The notes: a model not told the origin generated them from the letters alone. 64,000 bases of DNA from an uncultured Armatimonadetes bacterium (GCA_903927025.1 CAIYLG010000018.1:55105-119104), one strand, 5' to 3'. Positions 45,940-55,272 are shown, counted from the first letter of the stretch. Translations and numbers: made by a program.

Positions 45940-46562
45940 TTTTCCACCTCTGAAAGCACAGGGGATGTCGGCCATGCCCCAATTTCATTGATCAGCTTAA
46001 GAGTCCAAGCATGCTCAAATTCTAGGCGGCCAAGTCCGTGGTAGACGCTGGCGGCAATCCAAGGATGCTCTCGCTTCAGGCGTCGATACTCGACCCATTC
46101 CTCGCGGTCGTCAGATTCACACGTCTCGTAACCCTGGTGAAACTCTCGAAGCTGGTTCAGCCGCTCCGCAACAGGAGCAAGCCTCTGGTTGAGTCGATCA
46201 ACCCGAATTTCGGGTGAAACCAGACAGGCAAAGGCCAATGCCATGTCCACCTCTCTCCCCTCAAAGTTGAGAGAGGACAATCCGTACTCCACATAACCTC
46301 TGGCCAGTGCCCGACCGGAAGCCGTGATCTGCCAAACCTGCCGCTCTGGCCGATTGCCTGGCTTCTCCACTTTGACCTGGACCACATGCCCCTCTTTGGC
46401 AAGCTTTCCAAGAGAGTGGTAGATGCTTCCAATAGAGATCCCACCCCAACGATGCACCGCCCAGCGCTCTGCGACCGCAACGATTTCATATCCGTAGCGA
46501 GGTCTTGAATCGAGTAGCCCGAGGATAAAGAGCCGAACCAGCGAGAAGTCTGTCGTCACCAT
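45936..46562 (-). CDS. PadR family transcriptional regulator
   Basis: LFILGLL...YGYEI...SIGSIYHSLGKL.KEG...RQVWQITASGR. ATG at 46562 preferred. Confidence 0.9.
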   Translation of the reverse strand: MVTTDFSLVRLFILGLLDSRPRYGYEIVAVAERWAVHRWGGISIGSIYHSLGKLAKEGHVVQVKVEKPGNRPERQVWQITASGRALARGYVEYGLSSLNFEGREVDMALAFACLVSPEIRVDRLNQRLAPVAERLNQLREFHQGYETCESDDREEWVEYRRLKREHPWIAASVYHGLGRLEFEHAWTLKLINEIGAWPTSPVLSEVEN

Positions 46563-46584
46563 AATATTTTGTACCAAATATTAT
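46561..46584. promoter_or_regulatory. Candidate PadR autoregulatory operator
   Basis: Perfect 9-6-9 inverted repeat ATAATATTT-TGTACC-AAATATTAT abutting the padR start codon. Confidence 0.65.
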
Positions 46585-46647
46585 ATACAGAATTAAGCGG
46601 AATGTTTGAAGCCCTTTGAATCTCATGCCTGGATTAAGGCTGCGAAG

Positions 46648-46696
46648 AGGATCCACCTCAGTCCAGAATGCCCGATTCCGGACTGAGGTGGATCCT
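46648..46696. repeat. Long perfect inverted repeat (17-bp stem)
   Basis: AGGATCCACCTCAGTCC-N15-GGACTGAGGTGGATCCT, directly after the SDR stop codon. Confidence 0.8.
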
Positions 46697-46701
46697 TCAA
46701 G

Positions 46702-47595
46702 CTATGCTTCGCCCGGAACCACGAGATTCCGAAGATCCTCGATCAGCGTTGGACCCGTCGGCTCCCAGCCGAGTCGTTCTCGTGTCTTGGCGTTTGAGGT
46801 GGGCGAATCAAGGTTTGCGAAGTGACTCAGGAATCCGAAATAGCCTGGGGCTTCTTCTGGAGTCAGGGAGACGACGGGCAGATTCAACCGATCACCAAGC
46901 GCCTCCGCGATGTCCTTGGCCGCAACTCCCTGTTCGCCAACCGCATGCCACTTTGAACCACCTTCGGCCTTTTCAAGCGCGAGACGATACAGCCTTGCGG
47001 TGTCCGTGACATGAGCCGCGGCCCAACGGCTGCTTCCATCCCCGACGTAGGCCACTGCCCTCTTCTCCAAAGCAATCTGGATGAGGAGGCTCACCAGCCC
47101 TTGGCGATAAGGGTCGTGAATCTGTGAGAGCCGCATCACAATTCCTCTCACTCCCTGATCGATTGTCGCCAGAGTAGCCTCTTCCGAGACTCGCGGAAAT
47201 CCACCAACGGGCTTGGCGTCGTCTTCATCAAACGGGACGCCGGGAGCCGGATTGTCCACCAATACGCCTGCGGTTCCAATGAATGGCCGGCCCGATCCGG
47301 CAAGCACTTCGCCCATTGCCTCGATGGCTCGACGATCGTCTTCGCAGTTAGTTTGGAAACGAGAAAAGTCGTGGTTGAACGCCAAGTGGATGACGGCATC
47401 TGTCTGAGCCGCGCCGGCTTTAAGGCTATCCAGATCTTCAAGAGTGCCGTAATGCACCTCTGCCCCAGCTTTCGTCAGTTTCTCCGCACCTTCCTCCGTC
47501 CTCGTCATTCCCAAAACTTGGTGACCTGACTGAATCAGTTCTGGAACCAGCGCCGAACCGATAAACCCGGTTGCTCCTGTCACAAATACTCTCAT
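46702..47595 (-). CDS. NAD(P)-dependent epimerase/SDR-family oxidoreductase
   Basis: MRVFVTGATGFIGS, VIHLAFNHDF, WAAAHVTDTARLY; AAGGAAG SD before the ATG at 47595. Confidence 0.9.
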   Translation of the reverse strand: MRVFVTGATGFIGSALVPELIQSGHQVLGMTRTEEGAEKLTKAGAEVHYGTLEDLDSLKAGAAQTDAVIHLAFNHDFSRFQTNCEDDRRAIEAMGEVLAGSGRPFIGTAGVLVDNPAPGVPFDEDDAKPVGGFPRVSEEATLATIDQGVRGIVMRLSQIHDPYRQGLVSLLIQIALEKRAVAYVGDGSSRWAAAHVTDTARLYRLALEKAEGGSKWHAVGEQGVAAKDIAEALGDRLNLPVVSLTPEEAPGYFGFLSHFANLDSPTSNAKTRERLGWEPTGPTLIEDLRNLVVPGEA

Positions 47596-47669
47596 TTTTC
47601 TTCCTTGACCGTCATCCATCTCCGATTCGCCTGCGGCCTGTTGGATTCAGGCCGTGCGATTGGTAAAAT

Positions 47670-47713
47670 GGAGACAGTCTCCTCTTATTATCTTAACGGA
47701 GACTCTATCCGTT
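47670..47713. promoter_or_regulatory. Two tandem palindromic TetR operators in a divergent promoter
   Basis: GGAGAC-A-GTCTCC (47670-47682) and AACGGA-GACTCTA-TCCGTT (47695-47713), sharing the GGAGAC half-site. Confidence 0.65.
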
Positions 47714-47741
47714 TATCTACGCTGCCTATGTTCTTTGACAC

Positions 47742-48338
47742 ATGAGAGCCGAAAATTCCTCGAAATCCACGGAAAAGCCAACATCCACTCGCAAGCCGAG
47801 GGCAGATGGTCAGCGCAACCGAGAATTGATTGTTCAAGTCGCCAAAGCAGCGTTTACGGAGAGTGGTGCCAATGCGAGCCTAGATGAGATCGCCAAAACG
47901 GCCGGAGTTGGCGCCGGAACCCTGTACCGGCATTTCCCCTCCCGTGAAGCGCTCCTAGAGGCCGTCTATCGAGCTGAAGTTGAAAAGCTAGCGGAAGCTG
48001 CCGAGGAGTTCGGCCGAGAGCTGCCCCCACTCGAGGCACTTAAGACTTGGCTGCTGCTCTTCATTGATCACCTTGCTACCAAGAAGATCATCGCGGCTGC
48101 TCTGAACGGGCTTGTGGGAAGCAGTCCCGTGTTTGAAGAGAACATGTCAAAGGTTCGGGGTGCGGTCGCCCTCATCTATCAGCGCGCGATGAAATCTGGC
48201 GACATTCGACCCGATATCAACCCTGTCGACCACGTCCTTGCCATCGTCGGCGTCACGTTCTTCGGAAGCAGCGAAGACTGGAAAGAGAGCGCCGTTCGTC
48301 TCGTGGATATCCTGATCGCAGGTTCACGCCCGCTTTAA
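47742..48338 (+). CDS. TetR/AcrR family regulator
   Basis: RADGQRNRE...ASLDEIAKTAGVGAGTLYRHFPSREALL. Confidence 0.93.
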   Translation: MRAENSSKSTEKPTSTRKPRADGQRNRELIVQVAKAAFTESGANASLDEIAKTAGVGAGTLYRHFPSREALLEAVYRAEVEKLAEAAEEFGRELPPLEALKTWLLLFIDHLATKKIIAAALNGLVGSSPVFEENMSKVRGAVALIYQRAMKSGDIRPDINPVDHVLAIVGVTFFGSSEDWKESAVRLVDILIAGSRPL

Positions 48339-48464
48339 AGTTTGAACTTCTCCGAAAGTGTCCTGAGTTGGACCGCAGCAAAACGTCTGGACTCCTGACT
48401 TACCCATCTACGGTCTAGGTTCAGCGCATGGGTCACACACTGCGAGGCGTGTCAACATCATGCT

Positions 48465-49160
48465 ATGCCTCTAACAAACCATGTCGAGTCGCACTTTACT
48501 GCAGGTGACACCGCGCGTGACGTCGTCATCGGGATGGCGGATGGCCTCACCGTTCCGTTTGCATTGGCGGCGGGGCTATCCGGTGCCATCAGTTCAACTT
48601 CAATCGTCGTCACAGCAGGAATCGCTGAGATTGCCGCAGGTTCAATCGCGATGGGGTTAGGAGGCTATCTGGCCGCACGGAGCGACACAGAGCACTATCA
48701 AAGCGAGCTTAGGCGCGAGCACGAAGAGATTAAAACTAAACCCGATGCCGAAAAGGCTGAGGTTGAGGAGGTGCTGCTCGACTTTGGACTCACCTCGGAG
48801 CAGGCGGCCCCGATCGTCGAATCCTTAAGTAAGAATCCTGAAGCTTGGGTCCGCTTTATGATGCGATTTGAGCTGGGGCTTGAAGAACCTGACCCCAAGC
48901 GAGCTCCTAGAAGTGCGGGCACAATCGCTCTCGCATACATCGTAGGCGGACTGATCCCACTCTCCCCCTACTTCTTTTTTGCGAAGGCCGCAGAGGCATT
49001 GCCTTGGTCTGTAGGCGTTACCTTGACGGCCCTTGCAGCATTTGGCGCGGTCAAAGGACGCTTCACAGGCGTCTCTCCCATCAAAGCGGGACTTCAGACA
49101 GTGTGTGTCGGAGGAATTGCCGCCGCGGCAGCGTTCCAAATTGCGAAATGGGTCGGCTGA
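48465..49160 (+). CDS. VIT1/CCC1-family Fe/Mn transporter
   Basis: DVVIGMADGLTVPFAL, AGSIAMGLGGYL, FMMRFELGL, YIVGGLIPL. Confidence 0.92.
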   Translation: MPLTNHVESHFTAGDTARDVVIGMADGLTVPFALAAGLSGAISSTSIVVTAGIAEIAAGSIAMGLGGYLAARSDTEHYQSELRREHEEIKTKPDAEKAEVEEVLLDFGLTSEQAAPIVESLSKNPEAWVRFMMRFELGLEEPDPKRAPRSAGTIALAYIVGGLIPLSPYFFFAKAAEALPWSVGVTLTALAAFGAVKGRFTGVSPIKAGLQTVCVGGIAAAAAFQIAKWVG

Positions 49161-49232
49161 TCCGAATCCGTGTCGGAATTCGTGTTCAGGTGCATCCAGC
49201 TTCTTTAGCAACTTGAACTGGGCGGGGTCCGT

Positions 49233-49652
49233 CTAGCCGCCCATCATTCCCTTCATCATTGGGCACTGCATTTTGCCGGACTTCATCGGCATTTTCATGT
49301 GCGCCATCATGTGGTCCATCATCTTCGCGTCCATCTTCGCCTTCATTGAACGCATCATTTTCCGCTGAGAGATGAGCTCGGTTACCACTGCGGACATTGC
49401 GTTGACCTTGGCGTCACCCGACGCGGAATCCATCGTGCGGACAAGCCCATCGAGCTTTGCATCCATGTCCTTCATGTGCGATTTCTCCATCGCCATGTCA
49501 GCCATCATCTGCTTGCACATGGCCATCGGAGCCATCTTTGCCTGTGCAGTTGAGCCCATGTGGTGGACGTTATGGTTGATATCTTGGGCAAAGGCGGAGT
49601 AGCCGCTTGCCATCAAAAAAGCCGCTGCCAGCGTCGCTAGACGTGTTTTCAT
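49233..49652 (-). CDS. Secreted Met-rich helical protein (candidate Cu(I)/Ag(I) binder)
   Basis: Signal peptide to AFA-Q; 30 Met in 139 aa by hand count; AAGGA SD before the ATG at 49652. Confidence 0.8.
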   Translation of the reverse strand: MKTRLATLAAAFLMASGYSAFAQDINHNVHHMGSTAQAKMAPMAMCKQMMADMAMEKSHMKDMDAKLDGLVRTMDSASGDAKVNAMSAVVTELISQRKMMRSMKAKMDAKMMDHMMAHMKMPMKSGKMQCPMMKGMMGG

Positions 49653-49825
49653 TGTTCGCATCCTTGTGTGGCTCTGTCGTTTGGTTAGCCCAGTCAAATA
49701 GATGATTGGGATTCGGAGTGCGAATGCGACGAGCGCAACACCACTTCACAGCATGGGCCTCAAAACAGGGATGCGTCCAGTCTGCTCTTTCGTGTCCGTG
49801 CATCCATCACAGTGGCAACCTCACG

Positions 49826-50692
49826 CTAACCTAATGCTTGCACCACGGACTTAATGTCTGGGCTGTCTCCTTCGCTTCGCCGGAAGCAAAGGTATCGTCG
49901 CTCAGCTTGGATCTTAGAGTCAACACCCCAAATTTCCTTAGCCCGGCCCGAAGCAAGCGACTCGCGAGCCAGGTATCGGGGAACGATGCTCAGCCCAATA
50001 CCAAGTTCCACCGCCGCAACTACCGCGTGTAGATCTGGGGCGACCAGGGCCGATTTCGCCGAGAACTTCGACCCGAGTGACTGTTGCCAAAAGCGCCGGG
50101 TGATGGGCCGCTCCTCGCTATAGCTCACCCATGGCTGTGAATTCAGCCAATTAGCCAACTCTGTAAGCGAGACGTTTTCAGGTGGCAGCTCAGTCTCTAG
50201 GGAGCCGATCAGAACATAAGGTTCTTCAGGCAAGCTTTGGAACTGAAGGGAACTTGCCGTGGGCTGAGTGGTCACGCAGGCAACATCAAGCGCACCCGTT
50301 TTAAGACCATCGAACATCGCTCGGTCTGATCCAAGCGTTACCGCGAGATTCAATCCGAGCGAACCCAGCTTCGGCAAGGCTGCCCAGTGGAAATACTCCG
50401 GCGATGAACCAAACCGAAGGACTCGGCGAGCCGTCGGGATCAGGATGCTTCGACTGACGCGATCGAGGCAGTCGATCGCCTCGAATACCTCTCTGTAGAG
50501 CCCCGCTCCCCGCTCGGTGGCAACCATCCCCCTGACCGTACGTTCAAACAGCGGCACCCCAACAGCCCGTTCGAGGGAAGCTAGCTGCTGGCTCAGGGCA
50601 GATTGGCTAACTCGACGCTCCCGAGCCGCCTCCGAGACGCTCCCAGATCGATAGATCGACGCAAAGGTGCTCAGCCATTCGAGGGAGATCAT
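49826..50692 (-). CDS. LysR family regulator
   Basis: GSVSEAARERRVSQSALSQQLASLERAVGVPLFERT...T.RG; V..GIGLSIVP. Confidence 0.93.
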   Translation of the reverse strand: MISLEWLSTFASIYRSGSVSEAARERRVSQSALSQQLASLERAVGVPLFERTVRGMVATERGAGLYREVFEAIDCLDRVSRSILIPTARRVLRFGSSPEYFHWAALPKLGSLGLNLAVTLGSDRAMFDGLKTGALDVACVTTQPTASSLQFQSLPEEPYVLIGSLETELPPENVSLTELANWLNSQPWVSYSEERPITRRFWQQSLGSKFSAKSALVAPDLHAVVAAVELGIGLSIVPRYLARESLASGRAKEIWGVDSKIQAERRYLCFRRSEGDSPDIKSVVQALG

Positions 50693-50763
50693 AAGTTTTA
50701 CTTCTATTTAGCATAACTATTATGAATATTTTGCTAGCTTTCAATGCACGTAGAATGCACGGT

Positions 50764-51525
50764 GTGAAGCCAAATTCCAGTCAAGAACAGTTCGACCGGC
50801 AGTCCAAGCTCTATGCCGAGAGCCAAATCCATCTCAAAGGGCCCAGCCTCCCCGTATTGGTGGAATATGCGATGCCGCAACACACGGACCTGGTGTTAGA
50901 CATCGCCACAGGTACCGGGAGCACCGCCCTGGTGGTCGCGCCTCATGTCGATCGAGTAGTGGGAATAGATATAGCGGAGCAGATGCTTGCACAAGCTCGA
51001 ACCCTCGCGGCTGATGCCAATCTTTCCAACATCGAGTTTCAGACGGGTTCTGCTGAGCAGATTCCGTTTTCCGATCACAGGTTCGACTTGGTCACGTCGA
51101 GACACGCCCCCCATCACTTCCTGAATGTCGCAGCGTTTTTGGCCGAAGTCAGAAGAGTGCTTAAGCCAGGTGGGAGGTTTGTGATGGTCGACCAGATCTC
51201 TCCAAACCCCGAAGTCCAGAGGTGGACAAACACGTGGGAACGAACGCGAGACCCATCTCACTTTTATCAGCGCACCGTAGAGGAGTGGATGGACCTTGCC
51301 GAAAATGCCGGATTGTCATGGGTTCGGCACACGCAGGTTCCTTACCGCATGGAGTTTGCCTGGTGGGTACGACAAGCAGGTGTCAGCGCTGAAGGGATTG
51401 AGGCACTTAAAGCCCATGCTCGGAATGCTTCGCAGGAGGAAAAGAATGCAGCGCTCCTAGAGTTTGAGGATGGTGAGGTGACCGCCTTTACCGACCAGAT
51501 GCTTGTCGTAAGAATGGAACCTTAG
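50764..51525 (+). CDS. Class I SAM-dependent methyltransferase (YcgJ/YafE-like)
   Basis: VLDIATGTG, GSAEQIPF, FDLVTSRHAPHHF, RVLKPGG. TAGAAT lies 7 nt before the in-frame GTG at 50764. Confidence 0.9.
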   Translation: MKPNSSQEQFDRQSKLYAESQIHLKGPSLPVLVEYAMPQHTDLVLDIATGTGSTALVVAPHVDRVVGIDIAEQMLAQARTLAADANLSNIEFQTGSAEQIPFSDHRFDLVTSRHAPHHFLNVAAFLAEVRRVLKPGGRFVMVDQISPNPEVQRWTNTWERTRDPSHFYQRTVEEWMDLAENAGLSWVRHTQVPYRMEFAWWVRQAGVSAEGIEALKAHARNASQEEKNAALLEFEDGEVTAFTDQMLVVRMEP

Positions 51526-51584
51526 CCCGGGAAAGCGGTTGCTGGACCCCGATAGGTATTGTTCGATTGCAATCGGGGCCCTTC

Positions 51585-52382
51585 ATGCATCCAGTGATCC
51601 TTATCAGCATCGACGGCTTAAGACCGGACGCAATTGAAGCGGCTGGGTGTATCCACATTCCGAAGCTCGCCGAGCACGGATCGTACACCTATGAGGCGAG
51701 AACGGTCATGCCTTCGGTGACGCTCCCATGCCACACGTCGATGTTTCGTGGCGTGGACGTCGAGCGGCATGGGATCACCACCAACACCTTCATTCCGCTT
51801 GCTCGCCCTGTTCCAAGCATCCTCGACGTCGCCAACACTGCCGGGCTGAACTGCGGAATGTTTTACAACTGGGGTCCTCTTCGAGATCTTGCCGATCCAG
51901 AGAGCTTACGGGCATCCTTCTTCGAGCGAGATGCTCATCGTCCGGAAGGAGATCGCCGGGTGATGACCTATGCGGCCCAGGTTATTCCTGAGCTTAAGTT
52001 GGACTTTTCATTCGTCTATTTCGGATGGGTGGACGAGTGCGGCCACATGCACGGGTGGATGAGTCCAGAGTATCTGGCGGCGGTGAAGCACGCGGATGAA
52101 TGCGTCGGTGAGCTTCTGTCACAGATCCACCGCCAGGGCATGGAACCGCGAGTCCTACTTCTCAGCGACCATGGCGGACACGGCCGGTCCCACGGGACGG
52201 ATTCCGATGAGGACATGACTATTCCATGGATATTATCGGGGCCTGGCATCCGCCGCCAAAAGATCGAAACACCGGTACGGATCTTCGATACCTGCCCTAC
52301 TCTCGCGGAGCTGCTCGGCCTGAAGCGGCATCACTATTGGGAAGGGAAATCGCTGGCAGGATACTGCTCATCAACTGAGTAA
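51585..52382 (+). CDS. Alkaline phosphatase superfamily (NPP/type I phosphodiesterase-like) protein
   Basis: ISIDGLRPD, PSVTLPCHTSMF (Thr nucleophile), DECGH and LSDHGG...HG. Confidence 0.88.
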   Translation: MHPVILISIDGLRPDAIEAAGCIHIPKLAEHGSYTYEARTVMPSVTLPCHTSMFRGVDVERHGITTNTFIPLARPVPSILDVANTAGLNCGMFYNWGPLRDLADPESLRASFFERDAHRPEGDRRVMTYAAQVIPELKLDFSFVYFGWVDECGHMHGWMSPEYLAAVKHADECVGELLSQIHRQGMEPRVLLLSDHGGHGRSHGTDSDEDMTIPWILSGPGIRRQKIETPVRIFDTCPTLAELLGLKRHHYWEGKSLAGYCSSTE

Positions 52383-52450
52383 AGCGTGACGCCAAGCGCG
52401 TCCACGCGATGTCCGAGCGCCTCTCCTGCGAACTCACTCGTTAAAGAAGG

Positions 52451-53128
52451 CTATTTCTTTACGAGTGGTTTGAGATACGCCCCGGGGTTCTTCTTGACCG
52501 TGCCAATGCATCCTGGGCAACAAAAGTATATCGTTCGTCCGTCAATCACTGCAGAGACCGATTCCACAATGGGTTCTCCAGTCACTGGGCACGTCTTGAT
52601 TCCATCACCCTTGCCGACGAATTTGCTCAAGTTCGACACTGACTGGTTCGGAATAGCGTGCATTTTGTGCATCCCCGCCATCCCGTCTTTGACAAAGCCA
52701 TTGACCGCAATTGCGTGGGCTTGAATGAGTGCGACCACTTGAGCGTCTTGGGAGGTCTCGGTGACAACGACCCCATTTTTGGTGTTAGCAATGATCAGCT
52801 TCACTTTATCGTGATGCTCAAAGACGGCAGCAAAGAGGGGGTCCCACTCGCGTATCGGTCTGCCATCTTTAAGCCGCATCTGCATGGCGGCGACATGCTC
52901 TTTGATCAGCTTTGCCACATAAGAATCCGTGCTCTCAGTTACAGAGATGATGCCATTCTTCGTGTTCTTCGTCGTTCGCTTGACCTTGGACGAATCACCC
53001 AGCAAGGCATGGATTTTCGCCATATCCGCGGCATGCCCAGTGTCCATGTCGGCCTGCATGCCTTGCGAAATTGTAAGCGCCGCTACGGAAAAGACGAGGC
53101 CAGATGCAAGAACGCGCTGAAGAAACAT
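52451..53128 (-). CDS. Secreted protein with a duplicated His-bearing repeat and a C-terminal YHS/TRASH domain
   Basis: Signal peptide; NTKNG.....S.D..V..LI..H occurs twice; CPVTGE...IYFCCPGC. Confidence 0.8.
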   Translation of the reverse strand: MFLQRVLASGLVFSVAALTISQGMQADMDTGHAADMAKIHALLGDSSKVKRTTKNTKNGIISVTESTDSYVAKLIKEHVAAMQMRLKDGRPIREWDPLFAAVFEHHDKVKLIIANTKNGVVVTETSQDAQVVALIQAHAIAVNGFVKDGMAGMHKMHAIPNQSVSNLSKFVGKGDGIKTCPVTGEPIVESVSAVIDGRTIYFCCPGCIGTVKKNPGAYLKPLVKK

Positions 53129-53153
53129 GACTTGGCCGCAGGTTACCTGGAGG

Positions 53154-54884
53154 CTATTTTTCTACTGGAATCGATAAGCTTCGTTGCGTCCAGGGCAGAA
53201 CCACCACATGGTTGCTCAGTGCCAGTACTTCGCGAATCGGACCAGACTCTTTAGAGGCCTTTGTGGCAAGAATTGGCTCTTGAACTCCGGAAAGTGTCAG
53301 GGAGCGGTTGACTATCCAACCAAATGGCTCGATGCCTGCGCGTCTTAAATCCTCCTGCAATTTTTGCGCCTCATGAACGGGCGTCGGTTCGGGAAGGGCG
53401 ACGAGAACCACTGTTGTAAAGTTCGGATCACGAAGACGTGGCAACAGCTGATTGACAGCCTCCGGCGCATCGCTTTGGGTGCGGGTGACTTCTCGGTGGT
53501 ACGCCTCAGTGGCGTCCATGAGCAGAATGGTGTGCCCCGTTGGAGCCGTGTCGATCACTACAAACCGATCAGTTCCTTGGGCGACCGTATCCGCGAACGC
53601 ACGAAACACCGCAATCTCTTCTGTACATGGTGAGCGAAGGTCTTCCTGAAGGAGGGCAAGTGCCTCGCTGTCCATGAAGTCAGCCGCCTTTTGAAGAACG
53701 CTGGCGGTGTACCTCGCCACTTCCGTTGCCGGGTCGATGCAGGCAATTTCCAAATTGCTGGGCAAATTCCCCACAAGATCCAACACGTTTCCGGCCGGGT
53801 CCGTGGTTGTCAGGAGTACGTGATGACCGCTATTTGCAAGTTGGTGGGCAATTTGGGCGGCGACCGTCGTTTTGCCGACTCCTCCCTTTCCCATCGTCAT
53901 GACAACACCGTGTCCGGCACGAGCGAGCTCTTCTACGAACTGGGCAAACTTCATATTCAAGGACGGAAACGAGAGTTCCGATTCTGGAGCGCAAGCCACA
54001 TCGGTATCGTCGAGAATCGACCTAAGTGCCTCTATCCCAACAACGTTGCCGGCCAGCATCGGCACAAGGGATACGGGAAGACTCTTCAGAGTGCTCGGCA
54101 TCGATTGAAGCCCATCCTCCATGACGCCTGCAAAGGCTTGAGCTACCGGATCCGTCGTCGGACCAGGGCGAAAAACAGCATTGACGATCATCCGCAAATT
54201 TCGAATCCCAAGGTCAGCCAGCTCCACTTGCGTGCGAGCGGCTTCCTTAAGACTCGGCCTCTCTGCCCTAGCCACCAGGACAACCGTTGTCTCACTCGGA
54301 CTCGCGAGCCGGTCCAGAGCATTCTTGTAGAGGATGCGCTGGTCTTTCAGACCAGCAAGTGGTCCAAGACAGCTCGCTTCGGCGGTCGTCGTGTTCAAGT
54401 ATCCGCTCCAAGCACTCGGCAAACTTAGGAGTCGCAGAGTGTGGCCGGTTGGGGCCGTGTCGAAAACGATGTGGTCAAACGACTCCGTTGCTTCGGGGCT
54501 AGCCATCAGCCTTACGAATTCATCGAACGCCGCGATTTCAGTGGTGCAGGCTCCTGAGAATTGCTCTTCCATGTTTCGGATGACAGCATCGGGCAGCTTT
54601 CCACGATAAGGCCCTACTACCTTTTCGCGGTAACCCGCTGCGGCAGCTTCCGGATCGAGATTCGCTCCGAAAAGACCTGGAACCTGCGGTATCGGCGTTG
54701 GCTGGGTTCCCAGCGAAACCCCAAACACTTCGTCGAGATTGCTTGCGGGGTCGGTACTGACAATGAGGGTCTTCTTTCCCGACTCGGCCAGCCTCAGAGC
54801 CGTGGCGCACGCAAGCGAAGTCTTGCCAACTCCACCCTTGCCGGTAAAGAAGAGGTTTCTCGTCCTCAGCCCGTCAGTCCACAT
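53154..54884 (-). CDS. arsA: Arsenical pump-driving ATPase
   Basis: Two GKGGVGKT and two DTAPTGH motifs; metalloid-site Cys in SGACTTEI, ASCLGP and SPCTEEI. ATG at 54884 follows the arsD stop. Confidence 0.95.
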   Translation of the reverse strand: MWTDGLRTRNLFFTGKGGVGKTSLACATALRLAESGKKTLIVSTDPASNLDEVFGVSLGTQPTPIPQVPGLFGANLDPEAAAAGYREKVVGPYRGKLPDAVIRNMEEQFSGACTTEIAAFDEFVRLMASPEATESFDHIVFDTAPTGHTLRLLSLPSAWSGYLNTTTAEASCLGPLAGLKDQRILYKNALDRLASPSETTVVLVARAERPSLKEAARTQVELADLGIRNLRMIVNAVFRPGPTTDPVAQAFAGVMEDGLQSMPSTLKSLPVSLVPMLAGNVVGIEALRSILDDTDVACAPESELSFPSLNMKFAQFVEELARAGHGVVMTMGKGGVGKTTVAAQIAHQLANSGHHVLLTTTDPAGNVLDLVGNLPSNLEIACIDPATEVARYTASVLQKAADFMDSEALALLQEDLRSPCTEEIAVFRAFADTVAQGTDRFVVIDTAPTGHTILLMDATEAYHREVTRTQSDAPEAVNQLLPRLRDPNFTTVVLVALPEPTPVHEAQKLQEDLRRAGIEPFGWIVNRSLTLSGVQEPILATKASKESGPIREVLALSNHVVVLPWTQRSLSIPVEK

Positions 54885-54885
54885 T

Positions 54886-55272
54886 TCAACAGCACCCTTC
54901 TTCCTCGGAGTCGCAACACTTGGAGCTAGCCATTTTGAGTGTAGTTCGTGGCTTGTCGGATGCAGTTTCAGCCTGAATTCCAAACCAAGACGCGAGTTCA
55001 AGACGTGATGGGTAGCTGGCCTTCGCTTTGATTTCGCCATCAAGGATAAAAATGGGAAGGTTCTCCGCCTCTGAGCCCATCTCGGACAGGATTTGCGGGT
55101 TCGCAGTAAAGGCCTCTGGCTGATGTCCAAGGTTGAAACGCTCCACTGAAACACCTCGGCTCTTCAGGAAGGCGACATCGGCGGCGAGCTTCACCAGTTT
55201 TGGGTCAACGCTCGGGCCGCAGACACCGCTGGAGCAGCACATAGCAGGGTCGTAAATCTTGAGTGTTTTCAT
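54886..55272 (-). CDS. arsD: Arsenite metallochaperone
   Basis: IYDPAMCCSSGVCGPSVDP.L, VERFNL; C-terminal CC..CC; ATGA overlap with arsR. Confidence 0.95.
   Translation of the reverse strand: MKTLKIYDPAMCCSSGVCGPSVDPKLVKLAADVAFLKSRGVSVERFNLGHQPEAFTANPQILSEMGSEAENLPIFILDGEIKAKASYPSRLELASWFGIQAETASDKPRTTLKMASSKCCDSEEEGCC

Noticed and set aside
49570-49825. 77-aa ORF or GGATGC/GCATCC-closed leader RNA upstream of the Met-rich gene
   Set aside because: The ORF overlaps the Met-rich gene out of frame; a single 6-bp stem is not enough to call a riboswitch.
50693-50763. LysR T-N11-A box in the divergent promoter
   Set aside because: The region is AT-rich with several weak candidates, and none has convincing dyad symmetry.
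50764-51525. Methyltransferase as ArsM (arsenite methyltransferase) completing the ars locus
   Set aside because: The protein has no cysteines, whereas ArsM needs conserved Cys; it is divergent from a LysR and looks YcgJ/YafE-like.
54885-55154. 90-aa N-terminal extension of ArsA in the ORF track
   Set aside because: It overlaps arsD in another frame; homology starts at the ATG at 54884. Similar over-extensions were trimmed for the ORFs at 4029, 55314, 60165, 61258 and 62555.
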